Source of the DNA: Candidatus Roizmanbacteria bacterium RIFCSPLOWO2_01_FULL_40_14
GTDB lineage: Bacteria > Patescibacteriota > Microgenomatia > GCA-001788215 > 2-01-FULL-40-14
DNA: 44,694 nucleotides
Direction of reading: 5' to 3'
NCBI GenBank assembly: GCA_001788215.1
Contig: MGAO01000032.1
Coordinates: 184-44,877 of the forward strand
Each line of letters opens with the position of its first letter. The first letter of the stretch is position 1. The notes below the pieces were generated by a model, which was not told the DNA's origin, made no database searches, and saw only the letters and a list, made by a program, of their open reading frames with translations. A program made the position numbers and the translations under genes. Positions 26,649 through 33,368 of this stretch are shown piece after piece.

Positions 26649-28433
26649 ATGTGTGGCATATTCGGATATATCGGAAAGAAAGAAAATGCGGCAGAGATTA
26701 TTCTTGAAGGATTGAAAAGGCTGGAATATCGCGGGTATGATAGCTGGGGAGTAGCCGTTGTACCAACGGAAGATCCAAATAAAAACAATAAAATCGTTGT
26801 AAAAAAACGAATAGGTAAAATCGGTGATGCAAACGTTGACGAATTACCCACAGCAACAATAGGGTTCGGCCATACGAGGTGGGCTACCCACGGAGGCGTC
26901 ACTCAGAAAAATGCGCATCCTCACCTAGATTGTACAAAAACCATTGCCCTTATTCATAACGGCATTATTGAAAACTACGACTCCTTAAAAAAAGATCTGG
27001 TCAGCACATCTCATCGTTTTATATCAGAAACAGACAGTGAAGTCGCCGTTCATTTAATCGAAGAATACCTCAAAAAAGAAGCGTTTGAGAAATCGGTACA
27101 AAAAGCATTTCTTGAATTTCACGGATTAAATGCGCTTATTGCCCTGCATGCGAGAGAGAAAAAACTGATTGCCGTCAGAAATGGTTCACCTCTTGTGGTT
27201 GGATTCGGAAACGGTGAGAACTATATCGCCAGCGATGCGGCGGCGCTTCTTCCCCATACGAAAGACGTTTATTTTCTTGAAGACAACGATATGGTTGTTG
27301 TTTCAGATACCGATGTTGAACTCTATAACGTGGTTACGGGAAAGAAGAAACGAATTACAAAACAAAAACTGGCGTGGGACGTTTCTTCTTCAGAGTTGGG
27401 TGCCTATCCCCACTTTATGCTCAAAGAAATACATGAGCAGCCGGGATTAATTGTCGACATTTCGATCAGTGGAATTTCTTCAGCTAAAAAGCTTGCAGGC
27501 ATTATCAAAAAAGCATACGGCACGTATTTTGTCGGATGCGGTACAGCGGCGTATGCCTGCATTGCGGCATCGTACTTGTTTTCAAAAATTGCGAAACATC
27601 ACATCAATTGGGCAGTCGGGAGTGAGTTTTCCTATCATCTTGATTTTTTGACCAATAAAAGTCTCGTGGTTGCGCTTTCACAATCAGGTGAAACCATGGA
27701 CATTTTAGAAAGTATAAAGGCCGCAAAACAAAGGGGTGCTCGTATTGCCTCTCTGGTTAATGTTCTCGGATCTACGTTATACCGTGAATCAGATTATCCA
27801 TTTCTTATTGGTGCCGGTCCGGAAAAGGGTGTTGCCTCAACAAAAGCGTTTATCGCGAAACTAAGTCATCTCATTCTCACCGCATACGCACTCAAGGGTG
27901 CTGTATCAAAAGGCTCATTGCTTCTCAAAAAAACGAGTAAGGCGGGCAAACAAATTGTCACCAATGAATATGTTTTAAAATTAAAAAAACTTGTCCAAAG
28001 GATAAAAAATGCTTCTGATATATATGTTATCGGTCGGGGTATTTCATATCCAGCAAGTCTTGAAGCGGCTCTGAAAATAAAAGAAATTTCATATATTCAT
28101 GCTGAAGGACTCGCAGCCGGTGAATTAAAACATGGACCGCTTGCACTTGTTGAAAAGGGAACACCGTGTATTGTATATGCTCCTCTGGATGAAACGTTTG
28201 GTGCAAATTTAGCCGGTGCTATGGAAATGAGAGCGCGCGGCGGGTATATCATTGGCATCTCACCGAAACCGCATGAAGTATTTGATTATTATTTGCCGAT
28301 TGAAGATGTCGGGGAGGCAAGTATCATTCCGGGTGTTATGGTTGCACAGCTTTTGGCGTATTATCTAACCATTGAAAAAGGATATGATCCGGATAAACCG
28401 CGCAATTTGGCAAAAAGTGTGACGGTAAAGTAA
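26649..28433 (+). CDS. glmS: Glutamine--fructose-6-phosphate aminotransferase (isomerising)
   Basis: The protein must start MCGIFGYIGK (Cys2 nucleophile). Two SIS domains follow, and the C-terminus is LAKSVTVK. Confidence 0.95.
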   Translation: MCGIFGYIGKKENAAEIILEGLKRLEYRGYDSWGVAVVPTEDPNKNNKIVVKKRIGKIGDANVDELPTATIGFGHTRWATHGGVTQKNAHPHLDCTKTIALIHNGIIENYDSLKKDLVSTSHRFISETDSEVAVHLIEEYLKKEAFEKSVQKAFLEFHGLNALIALHAREKKLIAVRNGSPLVVGFGNGENYIASDAAALLPHTKDVYFLEDNDMVVVSDTDVELYNVVTGKKKRITKQKLAWDVSSSELGAYPHFMLKEIHEQPGLIVDISISGISSAKKLAGIIKKAYGTYFVGCGTAAYACIAASYLFSKIAKHHINWAVGSEFSYHLDFLTNKSLVVALSQSGETMDILESIKAAKQRGARIASLVNVLGSTLYRESDYPFLIGAGPEKGVASTKAFIAKLSHLILTAYALKGAVSKGSLLLKKTSKAGKQIVTNEYVLKLKKLVQRIKNASDIYVIGRGISYPASLEAALKIKEISYIHAEGLAAGELKHGPLALVEKGTPCIVYAPLDETFGANLAGAMEMRARGGYIIGISPKPHEVFDYYLPIEDVGEASIIPGVMVAQLLAYYLTIEKGYDPDKPRNLAKSVTVK

Positions 28434-28484
28434 ACAAGAGAAACATCCTATAAAATTATTCAGTATTCGATTCATGATGGTATC

Positions 28485-28513
28485 TTGACTTATCAGTATC
28501 TGATAAGTATAGT
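28485..28513 (+). promoter_or_regulatory. Candidate promoter TTGACT-17 nt-TATAGT with an embedded 21-bp perfect-arm palindrome
   Basis: TTGACT at 28485-28490 and TATAGT at 28508-28513. ACTTATCAG-TAT-CTGATAAGT (28488-28508) fills the spacer. Confidence 0.5.
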
Positions 28514-28523
28514 AAATGTATAA

Positions 28524-28551
28524 TAGTTCAATGGTTCAAACCATTAGACTA
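28524..28551. repeat. 28-bp imperfect palindrome (11-6-11), copy 1. Candidate operator or recombinase site.
   Basis: TAGTTCAATGG-TTCAAA-CCATTAGACTA. The arms are 9/11 complementary. It ends 3 nt before the yerC-like ATG. Confidence 0.8.
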
Positions 28552-28553
28552 AT

Positions 28554-29063
28554 ATGCCTCAAGTATCTAAATATCCTGTTTCACAGCCAGTATATGAGCG
28601 AATGTTTGATTTATTAATGGAATTATTTACTGTTTCATTGCATAAAAAAGAAGCCGAGGCTCTTCTGACTGAATTGTTTACTCCGACAGAGAAAGTAATG
28701 GTTGCAAAACGACTTGCAACAGCAGTCCTTTTAGCAAAAAAATATTCATACCAAGACATACAATTAGTTCTTCATGTTAGTCGTTCTACAATTGCCCATG
28801 TTAATAGTTCACTTAAATATGGAGGTAACGGTTATATAGCATTTACCAATAAAATTCTTAAAGAAGAAAAAGTTGAGAAACTATCAAGCCAGATTGACGA
28901 CGTTGTGTTAAATGGTTGTCTATTGGAAAAGGAAGCGGATTTTAGAAGGTTATACATCGAGAAGTTAAAAAACGAAGAACGTCGACTTCTCTATAGTCCA
29001 GTGGTTCGAACCATTAGACTATTAGGAAGTTGGCTATTGCCTATAAGGTTTAGTAGAATATAG
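28554..29063 (+). CDS. TrpR-like YerC/YecD-family DNA-binding protein with a C-terminal extension
   Basis: FTPTEKVMVAKRLATAVLLAKKYSYQDIQLVLHVSRSTIAHVNSSLKYGGNGY matches the YerC/YecD (Trp-repressor-like) fold family. At 169 aa it is longer than the ~100 aa typical of the family. Confidence 0.7.
   Translation: MPQVSKYPVSQPVYERMFDLLMELFTVSLHKKEAEALLTELFTPTEKVMVAKRLATAVLLAKKYSYQDIQLVLHVSRSTIAHVNSSLKYGGNGYIAFTNKILKEEKVEKLSSQIDDVVLNGCLLEKEADFRRLYIEKLKNEERRLLYSPVVRTIRLLGSWLLPIRFSRI
28994..29021. repeat. 28-bp imperfect palindrome (11-6-11), copy 2, in direct orientation with copy 1
   Basis: TAGTCCAGTGG-TTCGAA-CCATTAGACTA is 25/28 identical to copy 1. It lies in the 3' end of the yerC-like ORF, 52 nt upstream of the yvcK-like ATG. 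Confidence 0.8.
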
Positions 29064-29072
29064 ACTGGATTT

Positions 29073-30074
29073 ATGTCAAACAAAACACAGAATAAAAAAC
29101 GAATTGTCGTGATCGGTGGCGGGACGGGAACGTTTGTGGCACTGACCGGGTTAAAGAAATATCCTGTTGATCTAACAGCTATTGTTACTATGATGGACTC
29201 TGGCGGTAGTAATCGGACTATCCGGGACGAATTCGGCTTGCTGCCTACGTCAGATATTCGCCAGTGCATCGTCGCGCTTGCGTCTGAAAAATCAAATATA
29301 CTCCTACGCCAGCTTTTTATTTACCGATATGAACACGGCAACGGGATCAAGGGTATGACGTTCGGTAACTTATTTATGGCAGCACTGAGCGACATTTATG
29401 GTTCTCAAGAAGACGCAATCCAAAAGACGTGCGACCTTTTTCAAATTAACGGAAAAATACTGCCTGTTACGCTTAAAAATACGAATTTGCAAGCTACTTA
29501 TGATAACGGTACAAAGATTGTTGGTGAACATCTTATTGATGAACCTTCTCCTGATGAGGCAGTGCATATGATCACTGATTTAACGGTTAAGCCGCACGTA
29601 TCGGCAAATCCAAAAGCTGTGCAGTCTATTTTAGATGCTGATATGGTGATATATGGCCCTGGTGATTTGTACACAAGCATACTCAGTAACCTGATCATTA
29701 ATGATATTACGAAAGCGGTTCAGAAGACAAAGGCCAAACGGGTATTTGTGATGAATCTCATGACGAAATACGGTCAAACAACCAATTATACGGCGCAGGA
29801 CCACCTTGATGCATTGCGCCACTATATCGGTGATGCGGTTGACATGGTTCTTGTAAACAATAGCAGTCCTGATAAAAAAACACTTGAAATATACCGTTCA
29901 GAGCAGGAAAATATTGTGAATAGTGGTCTCAAAAATCCCTATCGTACAAAAATTGTTCTCGGCGACTTAATTGATCAGGTGCATCATGCCAAATCAAAAA
30001 GCGATACGTTGAAAAGAAGTCTTATCCGTCACCATCCCGACAAGCTCGCCAAAAAACTGATATCACTGCTATAA
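29073..30074 (+). CDS. YvcK/CofD-family protein (UPF0052, gluconeogenesis factor / 2-phospho-L-lactate transferase-like)
   Basis: IVVIGGGTGTFVALTGLKKYPVDLTAIVTMMDSGGSNRTIRDEFGLLPTSDIRQC. Confidence 0.85.
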   Translation: MSNKTQNKKRIVVIGGGTGTFVALTGLKKYPVDLTAIVTMMDSGGSNRTIRDEFGLLPTSDIRQCIVALASEKSNILLRQLFIYRYEHGNGIKGMTFGNLFMAALSDIYGSQEDAIQKTCDLFQINGKILPVTLKNTNLQATYDNGTKIVGEHLIDEPSPDEAVHMITDLTVKPHVSANPKAVQSILDADMVIYGPGDLYTSILSNLIINDITKAVQKTKAKRVFVMNLMTKYGQTTNYTAQDHLDALRHYIGDAVDMVLVNNSSPDKKTLEIYRSEQENIVNSGLKNPYRTKIVLGDLIDQVHHAKSKSDTLKRSLIRHHPDKLAKKLISLL

Positions 30075-30081
30075 TACATGC

Positions 30082-30804
30082 ATGGATATTCTTATTCTTC
30101 ACGGGTGGGAACCATCTGCAGAATCGGCACAAGAGTCTTATAAATCCTTCATTGCATTACTGAAGAATAAAAAACATCGTGTGTTTGCACCCGATATGCC
30201 CGGTTTTGGAACAGCCAAAGTACCCAACCATCCGTTTACCGTTTCGGATTATGCCGAATGGGTTACTAGATATATTCGCGAGAACGACATAGAAAAACCT
30301 CTTGTTATCGGACATTCATTTGGTGGTAGAGTCGCAATTAAACTTGCAGCAAAATACCCATTACTCATACACAAACTTGTTTTAACCGGTGCCCCGGGAT
30401 TTCCTCCCGTGTCAAAACAAAAAATATCGATATTAAAACTTATTGCAAAAACTGGTGGATTTATATGTTCACTGCCTCTTGTTAGTCTTTTCAAACCATT
30501 GGTTAGAAAGTTATTCTATAAAAGTATCGGTGCATGGGATTATTATCATGCTCAGGGAGTGATGCGAGAGACATTTAAGAACATCATTTCTGAAGACTTG
30601 GGTGAGCCAATGACCAAAATAAAAACAGAAACGCTTCTCGTCTGGGGGGCATATGACTTACTCGTTCCGCTTTGGATTGCACGAAAGATGGAGCGTACGA
30701 TCAAAGGTTCACGTCTGCATATTATTCTGGGTGGAGGGCATTGTGTTATTTATGAAGATCCTGACAAATTTCTTGAATCAGTTGATACAATACTAAGACA
30801 GTAA
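30082..30804 (+). CDS. Alpha/beta-fold hydrolase
   Basis: ILILHGW...GHSFGG nucleophile elbow...GGGHCV near the C-terminus. Confidence 0.8.
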   Translation: MDILILHGWEPSAESAQESYKSFIALLKNKKHRVFAPDMPGFGTAKVPNHPFTVSDYAEWVTRYIRENDIEKPLVIGHSFGGRVAIKLAAKYPLLIHKLVLTGAPGFPPVSKQKISILKLIAKTGGFICSLPLVSLFKPLVRKLFYKSIGAWDYYHAQGVMRETFKNIISEDLGEPMTKIKTETLLVWGAYDLLVPLWIARKMERTIKGSRLHIILGGGHCVIYEDPDKFLESVDTILRQ

Positions 30805-30810
30805 CAATAC

Positions 30811-30884
30811 GTCATTGCGAGCGAAGCGAAGCAATCTCTTTACTAAATAATATCGCTTTGGTCACTCTATTCCCTCGCGATGAC
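30811..30884. repeat. 74-bp double-stem palindromic repeat, copy C (hydrolase/murF junction), right arm degenerate
   Basis: GTCATTGCGAGCGAAGCGAAGCAATC-loop-ATCGCTTTGGTCACTCTATTCCCTCGCGATGAC. Confidence 0.8.
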
Positions 30885-30892
30885 AGAACAAT

Positions 30893-32359
30893 ATGGGACC
30901 ATACGTTTTTTTCATATATACCATTCGGACGATCCGAAACACACTCTACCACATCGGGTGGTGGGAGACAAAGGAATATCGTTTTGACCGGATGAAAGTA
31001 CATCTGTTTGAGACCGTTCAGGGGAGACGGTGGATGTTTGGACCGTTGTCTCTATTCAAATGGTTTCTTATCCTTCTCTATTCATTCCATTTTCCTGAGA
31101 TGCTCAATAGTGTCGTATTTGCTTTGTACACATTTGAAGCCGTAAAAAATTTGTTCGAATTCATATACGATAAGCGTCCCAGTGGTCTTCGCCCAAAAGT
31201 TATTGTTCTCGTTTTGGGATCATTATTATTCGAACTCTTACTTGTCCTTCTTCTCTCATTTGATTATCCGCTCGGTTTGGCGTTTCTTATCGGAGATAAG
31301 CTTCTGTCGTTTGCCATTGTTATGCAAGTTATTGTCCTGAATTCATTCTTTACGTATTACAAACGGGATAAAATGATGGCCGCACGGGAAAAGTTTGCCG
31401 AGTCAAGGATTACCGTTATCGGCGTAACCGGCAGCTATGGGAAGACGACGACAAAGGAATTTATATATAAAATTCTCAAATCCAAATATAAAGTATTTAA
31501 AACAGAAAAATCTCAAAACAGCGATATCGGCATTGCAGAAGTGATTCTCAGAACCGACCTTTTAAACTATGATTATTTTGTGTGCGAGATGGCAGCCTAT
31601 CACCGAGAAGAAATTAAGTCGAGTACCTCTATCATTGCTGGCCATATCAAGACAGCGGTTATCACGGGTATCAATGAACAGCATCAGAGTTTGTTCGGAA
31701 GCCTTGACACGACAAAAAAATCCAAATATGAATTGGTGAAATCACTGTCTGAAAAGGGGTCAGTTATTATTAATTCCGAAAGTGCTGGATCAAAAGAGAT
31801 GGGCGATTGGGCCAAAAAAGATGGACATACCGTAACGTATGTTCGGAAGAAAGATTTCTTAAAATCTTTCCCGAAAGGTACGGCTCCTCATTTTAAAATG
31901 AATGCTACGCTAGCCGCTCATGCCGCAGAGTCAATCGGGATGAAGAAGATAGATATTGAAAAAGCAGTCGCTTCTTTAGAACTCCCTGAAAAGACGATGC
32001 AAGAAGAGAAGAAGGGGAAAGTCACGTTCATTAATGACACGTTCAATGCAAACCCGGATGCCGTCTATGCGGCGCTTGATTATATAAAAAGGAAAAAGGG
32101 TACGAAAGTGCTGGTCCTCCAGCCGCTGATTGAATTAGGAAACTATGCGGATGCCGTTCATGAGAAAATCGGGCAAATGGCAGCTGATATATGCGACCAC
32201 ATCATTTTAACGAATATAAACTGGAATAAGGCTTTCTTACGTGGTGTTGACCAATCAAAGAAAAAGGAAATAAAAGTTCAAATTGCCGGATATCTTCCTA
32301 AAATTGAATCGGGCGTCATATTATTTGAAGGCAAAGAGGCAGAAAAGTATATTAAATAA
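30893..32359 (+). CDS. murF: MurF-type Mur ligase with an N-terminal ~165-aa multi-TM domain
   Basis: GVTGSYGKTTTKEFI P-loop at about residue 180. NDTFNANPDAV and a C-terminal Mur ligase domain are present. The N-terminus has about 4 hydrophobic helices in place of the usual soluble domain 1. Confidence 0.8.
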   Translation: MGPYVFFIYTIRTIRNTLYHIGWWETKEYRFDRMKVHLFETVQGRRWMFGPLSLFKWFLILLYSFHFPEMLNSVVFALYTFEAVKNLFEFIYDKRPSGLRPKVIVLVLGSLLFELLLVLLLSFDYPLGLAFLIGDKLLSFAIVMQVIVLNSFFTYYKRDKMMAAREKFAESRITVIGVTGSYGKTTTKEFIYKILKSKYKVFKTEKSQNSDIGIAEVILRTDLLNYDYFVCEMAAYHREEIKSSTSIIAGHIKTAVITGINEQHQSLFGSLDTTKKSKYELVKSLSEKGSVIINSESAGSKEMGDWAKKDGHTVTYVRKKDFLKSFPKGTAPHFKMNATLAAHAAESIGMKKIDIEKAVASLELPEKTMQEEKKGKVTFINDTFNANPDAVYAALDYIKRKKGTKVLVLQPLIELGNYADAVHEKIGQMAADICDHIILTNINWNKAFLRGVDQSKKKEIKVQIAGYLPKIESGVILFEGKEAEKYIK

Positions 32360-32451
32360 ATGAAACTGTACGTCAAAGCAAAACCTAAGAGTAAAAAGGA
32401 ACACGTTACTCAAATTTACGAGACTCATTTCATAATTGCCTTCCACGCTTG

Positions 32452-32491
32452 CCCTTCCGTAGTCCTCACGTTACGTGGGGACGAAGGAGGG
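32452..32491. repeat. Hairpin repeat GTCCTCACGT-T-ACGTGGGGAC with flanking CCCTTC/GAAGG-GGG arms
   Basis: 10-bp stem with one mismatch (G-T if RNA) at 32462-32482, extended by the outer arms. It lies inside the DUF167 reading frame. Confidence 0.75.
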
Positions 32492-32516
32492 AGCCGTCCG
32501 AAGAAGGAATGTACCT

Positions 32517-32543
32517 GTCATTCCGGCCGGGAGAGCCGGAATC
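32517..32543. repeat. GTCATTCCGGC-CGGGAGA-GCCGGAATC palindromic repeat (same family as 19976-20020)
   Basis: Perfect ATTCCGGC/GCCGGAAT arms. It translates as VIPAGRAGI-like peptide in one frame. Confidence 0.8.
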
Positions 32544-32657
32544 CATATAATTACTTACCTTTTCAAGTATAACGCAAATTCCTCGCCAAATTTCTAGATA
32601 TTCCAAAATCTTCTCTTGCATTAATTTCCGGCGCAAAATCGACAGAGAAGGTGCTTG

Positions 32658-32666
32658 TGATATAAT
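32658..32666 (+). promoter_or_regulatory. Extended -10 element TGATATAAT, 6 nt upstream of ATG 32673 (leaderless start candidate)
   Basis: Perfect TGnTATAAT at 32658-32666, overlapping the stop of the DUF167 remnant. Confidence 0.45.
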
Positions 32667-32672
32667 GCACTT

Positions 32673-32891
32673 ATGACAAGTATAGACAATGCAAATAGAT
32701 TTAATGAAGCTATAAGCAAAGCGGTAAACAATATATATGGCGATGGTGTTCGACCAGAAAACACTGAATTTGCAGGATGGAACCCGATTTATACAGGTGC
32801 GTTGACTGTATTGGCCGAGACAGGGGAGCTTTCGGCCGCAGATGTCGCGCGTGTTGACCCACAAGTTACCGTTTTTAAACGGTCTTCCTAA
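32673..32891 (+). CDS. Hypothetical 72-aa protein
   Basis: The ORF sits with its own extended -10 at leaderless spacing. No recognisable family. The antisense 132-aa ORF (32466-32864) runs through the repeats and is judged spurious. Confidence 0.4.
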   Translation: MTSIDNANRFNEAISKAVNNIYGDGVRPENTEFAGWNPIYTGALTVLAETGELSAADVARVDPQVTVFKRSS

Positions 32892-33005
32892 ACTCCATCA
32901 CTTTTTCATAAAAATTCAGAGCAATAGTGTTTGTTATAGGAATAATATTGTTCACTCAACCAAACTCTAGCTTATCGAGTCTCAAGAGAGTAGAATATAG
33001 ACGCA

Positions 33006-33365
33006 ATGATTAAGCCATCATCTACACTTCAATCCCTTACTCGAAAAATTATTAAGTTCCGAGATGATCGGGATTGGAAACAATTTCATAATCCGAAAGA
33101 TGTTGCACTTTCTCTCATGCTCGAAGCAGGAGAAGTTGCGGAACATTTCCAATGGAAAAGTAATGAAGAGATTGAAAAATATATCAAATCCCACCGCGCG
33201 GAAATCGGCGAAGAACTAGCAGATGTTTTCTACTGGGTATTATTACTCTCCCATGACCTTAATATCGATATCACAAAAGCACTCGATAAAAAGATGGAAA
33301 AGAATAAAAAGAAATATCCGGCTAAGAAGGCAAAAGGAAGGAATGTGAAGTATAATAGACTTTAA
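33006..33365 (+). CDS. MazG-like all-alpha nucleotide pyrophosphohydrolase (YpjD/DCTPP1-like small form)
   Basis: KFRDDRDWKQFHNPKDVALSLMLEAGEVAEHFQW...IGEELADVFYWVLLLSHDLNIDI...KMEKNKKKYP is the signature of the MazG-like family. Confidence 0.85.
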   Translation: MIKPSSTLQSLTRKIIKFRDDRDWKQFHNPKDVALSLMLEAGEVAEHFQWKSNEEIEKYIKSHRAEIGEELADVFYWVLLLSHDLNIDITKALDKKMEKNKKKYPAKKAKGRNVKYNRL

Positions 33366-33368
33366 TAT

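Larger units (their letters stand above)
32360..32665 (+). pseudogene. DUF167 (YggU-like) gene interrupted by ~130 bp of palindromic repeats and an in-frame TAA
   Basis: The N-part MKLYVKAKPKSKKEHVTQIYETHFIIA (32360-32440) and the C-part RKFLAKFLDIPKSSLALISGAKSTEKVLVI* (32573-32665) are in the same frame. They are separated by repeat-derived sequence ending in TAA at 32570-32572. The conserved GKAN segment is missing. Confidence 0.6.

Noticed and set aside
28488-28508. ACTTATCAG-TAT-CTGATAAGT as a Fur box
   Set aside because: The half-sites resemble TGATAAT/ATTATCA, but their orientation and spacing are inverted relative to the 7-1-7 Fur consensus. It is kept only as an unassigned operator.
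28994-29021. tRNA-like GGTTCGAACC string (T-arm look-alike)
   Set aside because: It is a self-complementary TGGTTCGAACCA core of a 28-bp palindrome. No acceptor, D or anticodon arms can be built around it. I found no tRNA anywhere in the window.
22121-30884. The three 72-74-bp repeats considered as a CRISPR array
   Set aside because: The copies are separated by whole genes (1 kb and 7.6 kb), are internally palindromic with two stems, and have no regular spacers or cas genes.
30812-31003. 63-aa minus-strand ORF ending ...KEIASLRSQ
   Set aside because: Its C-terminus is simply the translation of palindromic repeat copy C, and the rest is antisense to the murF 5' end. This is a typical repeat-derived annotation artefact.
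32466-32864. 132-aa minus-strand ORF across the DUF167 remnant and the 72-aa ORF
   Set aside because: It runs through the stacked repeats and has no motifs. The + strand has a promoter-like element and the DUF167 homology. Confidence in the 72-aa + ORF itself remains low.
32866-32881. ACCGTTT-TT-AAACGGT hairpin at the end of the 72-aa ORF as a terminator
   Set aside because: The loop is only 2 nt, the hairpin lies inside the coding sequence before the stop, and no T-tract follows it.
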